From the NCBI GenBank assembly GCA_964016885.1, contig OZ024741.1:293632001-293696000 (forward strand): a stretch of DNA of 64,000 bases, in the 5' to 3' direction. Positions 56,201-64,000 of this stretch are shown here, one piece after another. Each line of letters begins with the position of its first letter. Position 1 is the first letter of the stretch. This stretch comes from Eledone cirrhosa. Lineage: Eukaryota. The translations under genes were made by a program, and so were the position numbers. The notes below the pieces were generated by a model. That model was not told the origin of the DNA and did no database searches. It saw only the letters and a program-made list of their open reading frames with translations.

Positions 56201-56347
56201 AATATATAAACAACTATCTGGTTGTGGAACCAACCAACCAACCAGAAATTTATAAATTCCTAAATTTATAAATTTATTATAATAAATTGAAGTGAAAGCA
56301 ACTGGTACGTGTGTTTCTTATTGGCAACATGACCCTCCCAAAGTATT

Positions 56348-56482
<135 letters not shown>

Positions 56483-56780
56483 GTATATATATGTATACAT
56501 ATATATATATGTATATATATATACATATATATATATATCATCATCATCATCATTTTATGCTAGCATAGAAGATAGACGTTAAATGATGATGATGATGATA
56601 TCAAACATCATGAGCGCTCTATCTCAAAATTATTTTTTGAAAAGCATTAGAAATGCGCAACCGGTAAAAACTTAGAACTAAAACTGAATACTAACCAATA
56701 CTTATTACTAATTTATACTTATTCCTAAATAAACTATTTTTCACTGGGAAAAATTTGTCACCATTTTCTTTTCCTTTTTA

Positions 56781-56888
<108 letters not shown>

Positions 56889-57335
56889 CATATATATATA
56901 TATATATATGTTTATATATATATACATACATATAGGCACGCCAACATGTGCTTGCATACATAGTAAAAAGGTAAAGGATACAATGAGTGACAAAACAAAG
57001 GGACTATAGGAGGCAAAAGCAGTAGTTGTAAATAATTGTCTTACATACTTGTATGTAAGTGTACATACACAAATATAGACATTTACACAAATTGGTAAAA
57101 GAGTTTGATGTGAGAAGATTGCGAATACAGTAGTAACACAAAAAAAATATAAAACCGAAGATAAATGTAGATATATATGTGTGTATGTGTGTGTATTTAT
57201 ATATGTATATGTTGAGACCCGCAGCTGAGCTCTTGCTATTTCAACAGCTAGTTGTAGACTTCCAAACAAATAAGACAAGGTTTTGTGTACATCAGTGATC
57301 TTCTGGCTATCATCAGTATTTCTTCGCATTAAAGA

Positions 57336-57373
<38 letters not shown>

Positions 57374-57388
57374 GGTTGATCCAATAAT

Positions 57389-57567
57389 TGTTTCTACTTT
57401 AGGCACAAGGCCAGCAATTACCCAGTGCATTACTGGTACTTTATTTTATCAACCCCGTAAGGATGAAAGGCAAAGTCAACCTCGGCGGGATTTGAACTCA
57501 GACTGTAAAGGGACGTAACTATGCTAGAATGCATGGCGTCCAGCCCTCTACCGATACTGCCAATCCA
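57389..57567 (-). mobile_element. SINE family B with 12-bp TSD
   Basis: tgatccaataat on both sides. Confidence 0.9.
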
Positions 57568-57722
57568 CTGATCCAATAATACAATTGAATAAGACAGACA
57601 GATATTCAAGGCTCGAATGTGATTTTATTATTCACAGTAAGATTGCCAAAAGACAGTTTAGAGTTTAAGCGAATTTATAAGTTTCTAGTTATAGTATCTT
57701 TACATCAATCACAGAACACAGG

Positions 57723-57938
57723 GATGAATAAATAACCAAAGTTTAATACATTATTTAATTGATTAACACGTTTCATTCAAATAGAGATGGAGGTAGCATT
57801 CTATTCCTTTGTATTCCATCAGAATCATTAGATAATATAAAAACGATACAGAGGAATAGAATGCTACCTCGTTCTGTATGTGAATGAAACTCATGTAAAT
57901 CAATTAAATAATGTATTAAACCTAGGTTATTTATTCAT

Positions 57939-57940
<2 letters not shown>
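57723..57940. repeat. Fold-back (~90-bp arms) with degenerate hammerhead-like motif on - (57760-57827)
   Basis: gaggtagcattctattcct / aggaatagaatgctacctc; atgaataaataacc / ggttatttattcat. Confidence 0.65.
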
Positions 57941-57993
<53 letters not shown>

Positions 57994-58096
57994 TGATGAT
58001 ACATACAATATACATATAATATATATATATATATATAATATCAGTTATGGTGTGGTAAAAACCAGCTAGACCATGACCCAGCAGAGTACTCGATAC

Positions 58097-58276
58097 TTTG
58101 CAGTGGAATGATGGGGACCCCAGTCCCTATCATCTCATTTCTACAGCTGAGTAAACTGGAGCAATGTGAAATAAAGTGTCTTGCTCAAGGAAAGAACACA
58201 TCACCCGGTCTGAGAATTGAACTCACAACCTTTCGATTGCAAGGCCAATGCTCTAACCACTAAGCCATGTTCCTCC
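58097..58276 (-). mobile_element. 5' half of SINE family A
   Basis: Head and CORE-like domain on -. Confidence 0.85.
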
Positions 58277-58277
58277 A

Positions 58278-58334
<57 letters not shown>

Positions 58335-60142
58335 CATCATCATCATCATCATCATCGTTTAACGTCTGTGTTCCATGCTTGCATGGGTTTGGACGGGGGT
58401 TTTCCCACTTGAGGCAAGAGTGATTGTCTTGCTCGCATAGGACTGTCTGGCGGGTTTTCTACAGTTGGATGCCCTTCCTAACACCAACCACATTTACAGT
58501 GTGGGGCTGGGAGGTTTTTACCGTGTTGCCTACACGGCCACATTACAGCGTGCACTGTCTGGCAGGTTTTCTACAGCTGGATGCCCTTCCTAACACCAAC
58601 CACATTTACAGTGTGGGACTGGGACGTTTTTACCGTGTTGCCTACACGTTCACATTTGTTTCGGCCTGGATTTTGTGGCACCAACATAACTTTACATTGA
58701 AAGGGGCGGTGTGGATGGGGTGGGGGTGGTGGGACGGGGGTGTATTTTGTTAGAGATGCCTACTGACTGTAGTAGGTTTTACTTTGTATTTAGGTAACGC
58801 GGGTCTTCTCTGTTACTGAGTACCGCCAAAGGTCTCGGTCCAGTGACATTGTCTTGGAGAGGGGTAAGTGTGTGAGGTCGGAATTTATCAGCTCGTCCCA
58901 GGTTTTTCTGGGTCTGCCTACTCCGTGGCTACCATCTATCTTTATTGCCCTGCACTTTGTTATACAGCTGTCGTCTTTCATGCGCATCACGTGACCATAC
59001 CAACGTAGCCTTCTCTCGAGTAAACAACATCTGATCCCTCTTATTTCTAATTTTTTCCTTAGTTCGTTTATGCTTTGCCGTTCGCGTATATTACTATTAC
59101 ACATCCAGCGGAGCATGCAAGCTTCGTTCCTCTCTAGTCTGCGTATATCCTCTGCACACAATGCCCAGGTCTCACTGCCATGCAACATTGCTGTTCGTAT
59201 GCAGGCATCATACAACCTGCCTTTCACTTTTAGGGAGAACCCTTTCGCGGCTAATAGTGGTATAAGCTCTCTGAACTTTTTCCATCCAGTTCTGACTCTA
59301 GCTACTGTACTTTCGGAGCACCCTCCCCCACTGCTGATTTTGTCACCCAGGTAACGGAAGCTGTCCACTATTTCTATAGAACCCTCTGCGCAGTTAAAAG
59401 AGCTAGTATTTTGTGGGCACTTGCTGCTACTTATTGCACCAGAGCACCGGCCACATGTAAAATCTGTGTTCTTAGTTAGCTTACCTGTGATCCCACTACA
59501 TCTTTTATGCACCCATACTTTGCATTTGGGACATAAAATGGAGTTTCTACCTACGCCTTTCCTACACACTGAGCATGGCCATTTCCCGGAAGGGACCGGC
59601 GCCTTATTTTCTTTCCTACAAACTAGAACTTTAGTCTTAGCCATGTTAATTTTAAGGCCTTTTGATTCTAGGCCGTGCTTCCATGTTTGGAATTTCTTCT
59701 CTAGCTCGGCCATTGATTCAGCTATGAGCGTTAGGTCATCTGTGTATAGGAGTTCCCATGGGCAGCCGGTCTTGAACTCCTCTGTTATAGCCTGAAGAGC
59801 AATAATGAATAGTAGGGGGCTAAGAATAGAGCCCTGATGGACACCAAATTTTACGCTAAACTCTTCACTATATTCGTTGTTAATTCTAACCTTGCTGACT
59901 GTTTCTTTATACATGGCTTGTATAGCTCTCACAAGCCATTCGTCAACACCTAGTTTTCTAAGAGCCCACCAGATAATGGAACGGGGGACTCTGTCGAAGG
60001 CTTTCTCCAAGTCGACAAAGGCTAAGTATAGGGGTTTACTTTTAGCTAGGTACTTCTGTAGTTGTCGTACAATGAAAAGAGCGTCTGTGGTACTTTTGCC
60101 TGACACAAACCCGAACTGCATTTCATCTAGATCGATTCTCTC

Positions 60143-60145
<3 letters not shown>
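58335..60145 (-). mobile_element. Young 5'-truncated RTE-clade LINE (3' UTR 58335-58789)
   Basis: RT ORF, UTR and (GAT)n tail. Confidence 0.95.
58790..60145 (-). CDS. Non-LTR reverse transcriptase (RTE clade), N-terminally truncated, 451 aa open frame
   Basis: QFGF, FVDLEKAFD, GVHQGSILSP, LLYTDD, KTK, FRYLG, MLHGSETW, RLRWYGHV, GRPRKTW; the first 51 aa of the tracked ORF are antisense/microsatellite read-through. Confidence 0.9.
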
Positions 60146-60185
<40 letters not shown>

Positions 60186-60189
<4 letters not shown>

Positions 60190-61918
60190 CTGAGATGTTG
60201 AAAGCATCTGGAATGGTGGGACATACTATGGTCACCCGGATAGTAAACCAAGCAATACAGAATGGGGTCATACCAAATGACTGGCGTAGCAGCATCATTA
60301 TTAACTGCTACAAGGGTAAAGGAGATGATCTAGATAGAGGAAACTATAGAGGCATTAAGTTAGTTGACCAGGTCATGAAGGTCACAGAAAGAGATATAGC
60401 ACAGCTAATTAGAGATCGAATTGATCTAGATGAAATGCACTTTGGGTTTGTGTCAGGTAAAAGTACCACAGATGCTCTTTTCCTTGTACAACAACTACAG
60501 GAGAAGTACCTAGGTAAAATTAAACCCCTCTACTTAGCTTTTGTAGACCTGGAGAAAGCCTTTGACAGAGTCCCCCGCTCCATTATCTGGTGGGCTCTTA
60601 GAAAACTAGGTGCAGATGAATGGCTTGTGAGAGCTATACAAGCCATGTATAAAGAAACTGTCAGCAAGGTTAGAATTAACAATGAATATAGTGAAGAATT
60701 TAGTGTAAAAGTTGGTGTTCATCAAGACTCTGTCCTTAGCCCCCTTCTATTTATTTGATCTATTTATTATGGCTATAACAGAGGAGTTTAAGACCGGCTG
60801 CCCATGGGAGCTTCTATACGCAGATGATCTAACTCCCATAGCTGAATAATTCCAAATGCAAACTATGGGTACATAAAAGATGTAGTGGGACCACAGGTAA
60901 GCTATCTAAGAATGTAGATTTTATATGTGGCCGATGCTCAGGTGCAATAAGTAGCAAGTGCCCACAGGAAACTAACTCCTTCTATTGCCCAGATGATTCT
61001 ATAGAAATAGTGGACACTTTCCATTACCTGGGTGACAAGATCAGCAGTGGTAGAGGGTGCTCCGAAAGTACAGTAGCCAGTTGGCCACAATAGATTTCTC
61101 TCTAAAAATGAAGGGCAGATTGTATGATGCCTGTATACGAATATCTATGAAACATGACAGTGAGACATGGGCATTGTGTGCAGAGGACCTGCGCAGACTG
61201 GAAAGGAACGAAGTATGCTTGCTCTGGTGGATGTGTAATAGTAATATACATGAATGGCAAAACATAAATTAACTAAGTGAGAAGTTAGGAATAAGAAGGA
61301 TCAGATGCTGTTTACTTGAGAGAAGACTACGTTAGTATGGTCACGTGATGCTATGAAAGATGACAGCTGTTTAAAAAAGTGCAGGGTGATCAAAATTGAT
61401 GGAAGTTACAGAGTAGGTAGACCCAGAAAAACATGGGACGATTTGATAAATTCCAACCTTACACACTTGCACCTCTCTAAGACAATGTCACTGGACTTTG
61501 GCACCACGCAGTAATACAGAAGAACCAGCTTGCGTATGTACAAAGTGAAACCTACAGTCAGTAGGCACCTCTTAGCCAAATATACACCCCTACTCCATCC
61601 CCTCACTCCCACCAACACCACCCTTTCTCTGTAAAGTTGGTACCACAACATCCAGTCCAAATTAATGAGATATTGAGATCGAGATCATGTAGGTGTCACG
61701 ACAAAAAAAAACACGCAGTCCACGCTGTAATGTGGCCGTGTAGGTAACACGGTAAAAGGTTCCCAGTCCACACTGTAAATGTGGTTGGTGTTAGGAGGGA
61801 CATCCAGCCGTAGAAAACCTGCCAGATAGTCCTATATGACCAATCTTGCCTTAAATTGGGACAACTCCCATCTAATCCATGCTAGCGTGGAAGATAGAGG
61901 TTAAACGATGATGATGAT
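60186..61918 (+). pseudogene. 5'-truncated RTE LINE with frameshifts and internal deletions
   Basis: IPNDW, YKGKGD, NYRGIKL, FVDLEKAFD, LLYADD; stops after 60758; UTR and (GAT)n tail. Confidence 0.95.
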
Positions 61919-61929
61919 ATATATATCTT

Positions 61930-62790
61930 TGAGGCAAAGAAAGTAAATACGGGTAAGCAAGGCAAGGAGGGAGGGGGGGGGGGGGTAGCGAAAAATTTCA
62001 ATTGAACAGTGAATAAGTGGAAAGTGAGTACTAAGTAAGTTGTATAAAGAATGCACGTCAAATAATAGGTCAAACCTGTAAGCCAAGCACGTCTGAGTTG
62101 TAGCACAAAAGAGCGTAAACAGGGGCGATAATTTGGAGCACACTGGAAAAAAAATCATCAAAATCGGACGTTCCTGAAAAAAGTTTTCTCATATTGCAAA
62201 AAACAAAGAAAAAAATTACAAAAAGGACAACAATAAAATATAATGTCTTTGTTGAGATTCAAGTAAATAAATGCTTAAGAGTCGTTATGACTATCTTTGT
62301 TGTTGTATAAATTCATATGTTTCTTTTGAATATTTGTTATTTGATGTAAAATGTAATGGTGTAAAATGTAATGGTGAGTGTCGTTATGACTATGTTTGTT
62401 GTTGTATAAATTGATGTGTTGCTTAGTTTTCAAAGTTTATGTCGCGTTCCTGAACAAAGTTTTGTCGCTGTTAGAGTTGCAGAAGAGATTGAGAGAGGAG
62501 TAGAGGGAGGGATGAACTTTTTAAAGAGAGTTGCAACATGTATGTAGCTTCATCAATTTTTGAGGGTAGTAGAGAGAGAGATTAAGTGTGTAAGAGAGAG
62601 GGTTACAGCATGTATTTAGTTTTATCGATTTTTTTCATAGAAGCAGGAATGTTTTGGCAAAGTTTATTATGCGTTGACCATCGGTGGTAAATTTGGAGCA
62701 CATTGGAAAAAAAAATTATCAAAGTGGAAATGCATAAAAATCATACACACACACACAGACAGATATTTTCCGTTTTATATATATAGAGAT
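61930..62790 (-). mobile_element. Probable non-autonomous Helitron-like element
   Basis: Minus-strand start atctctatatatataaaacgg + (GTCT/GT)n; internal duplicated aatttggagcaca.tggaaaaaaaa; no clear 3' CTAG hairpin. Confidence 0.45.
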
Positions 62791-63161
62791 AATTTTGAGT
62801 ATGTGTTGGTTGTTTACTGACACTTCAGTATCCAGGTTGGAGCACTCAACGAAGTGCACAGGTTGGTCTGTTTACTCCAGAGTACTATAAAAACAAGAAG
62901 TGTAAGTCAACAGGGTAAAATTAGCTTCGTTTATTCATATTCGTTGCTATATATATTTCAATGATAGACATTATTCAACAACTATGACCTCATCTGGCAG
63001 TAAGAACTTCAACAGAAAAAAGAGGAAAACATAATGTTGTAATAGATTTTACCTTGTTAATCCATTGATATGTTCAGATCCAGAGTGTGGTGTTAGTCCT
63101 CTAAGGAACTGAAAGCATATAGATATATATATATATACACACATAGATGATAAGATTCAGG

Positions 63162-63258
63162 AACTCGACGGCTGAGCTCCAGCCATTTCGACAGCTGGAT
63201 GCATACATATATATATATATATACATATAAAGCCACCTTCCTTGCTTCATCAGGGCTT
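63162..63258 (-). ncRNA. Degenerate hammerhead-like motif; related copy at 57216-57320 (-)
   Basis: CTGATGA...GAAA-tggctg gagct cagccg-TC; stem I weak. Confidence 0.45.
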
Positions 63259-64000
63259 AGTGCTTAGTCATGCACACTCCATTATAATCTTTGCAGTTCA
63301 TTTTGAGGTTGTTTCATGGGCAAACACCATTCCTGACAGCAACCTTTTTAGTTGCCTCTCCCAAAACACATGTGTGTGTATGTATGAGTGTATGTATATG
63401 AAATTTAGGTGTTACAAATTGCACACATAGAATGTATACACACTTATAGTTTTTGAAAACAGCATTGCAGTGTATAATTCAGTTAAGAGCTGTCGTAACT
63501 CAACTCAACTCCGAACCATTAAATTACAACCCTCAAGAAACAACATGTAAAACAACAATAACTAAAACATAAACAACAAGTATAACATAAACAACAGCAA
63601 CACTTACATCAAGTACAACATAAACAACAACAACTGCAAGACATAAATAAAAGCAGCTACATCAACAATAACTGCAAAACATTAACAACAGCAACAACAA
63701 CATTGACAACTACTATAGTAACAACAATCACAACAAAATTAAACATGACTTAAACATAATGACAACACCACCACCAATAACATCACTTCCAAATATGACC
63801 TCAAACATCAGGATTACCATCACTACCATCACAATAGCTACAGCTGCCATACACCCATTATCACCTCCACCATCACAATAACTACACCACCACCCCAAAA
63901 CCATCACCATACCACCACCATCAAAACCATCATCATACCACCACCATAACAACACCCAAACCACCTCCATATCACCACCACCATAACAACACCACCATAC

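Noticed and set aside
59877-60298. Overlapping bidirectional ORFs as an antisense gene pair
   Set aside because: Caused by two opposite RTE copies read through a stop-free TA tract

Overview
AT-rich, repeat-saturated animal genomic DNA. The mix of (TA)n/(CA)n/(CAT)n microsatellites, tRNA-headed SINEs and RTE LINEs looks like an octopus/coleoid cephalopod (inference). I find no confidently identifiable host protein-coding gene, and most ORF-track entries are microsatellite artefacts. Supported content: RTE-clade LINE copies, including a young head-to-head pair at 58.3-61.9 kb whose RT carries a PHD-like finger; two abundant SINE families; non-autonomous Helitrons; a mariner relic; TTAA- and TA-flanked MITEs; a Dong/R4-type endonuclease relic; and a Penelope-like GIY-YIG remnant. 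The most interesting hidden signal is a set of small type-I hammerhead-ribozyme-like motifs from several unrelated families. Several sit as sense/antisense pairs inside long fold-back hairpins next to (TA)n tracts. Other oddities are a Helitron flanked by a 33-bp duplication and a SINE that repeatedly reinserts at ATTAT sites. Alignments, folds and coordinates were done by eye; boundaries are approximate.
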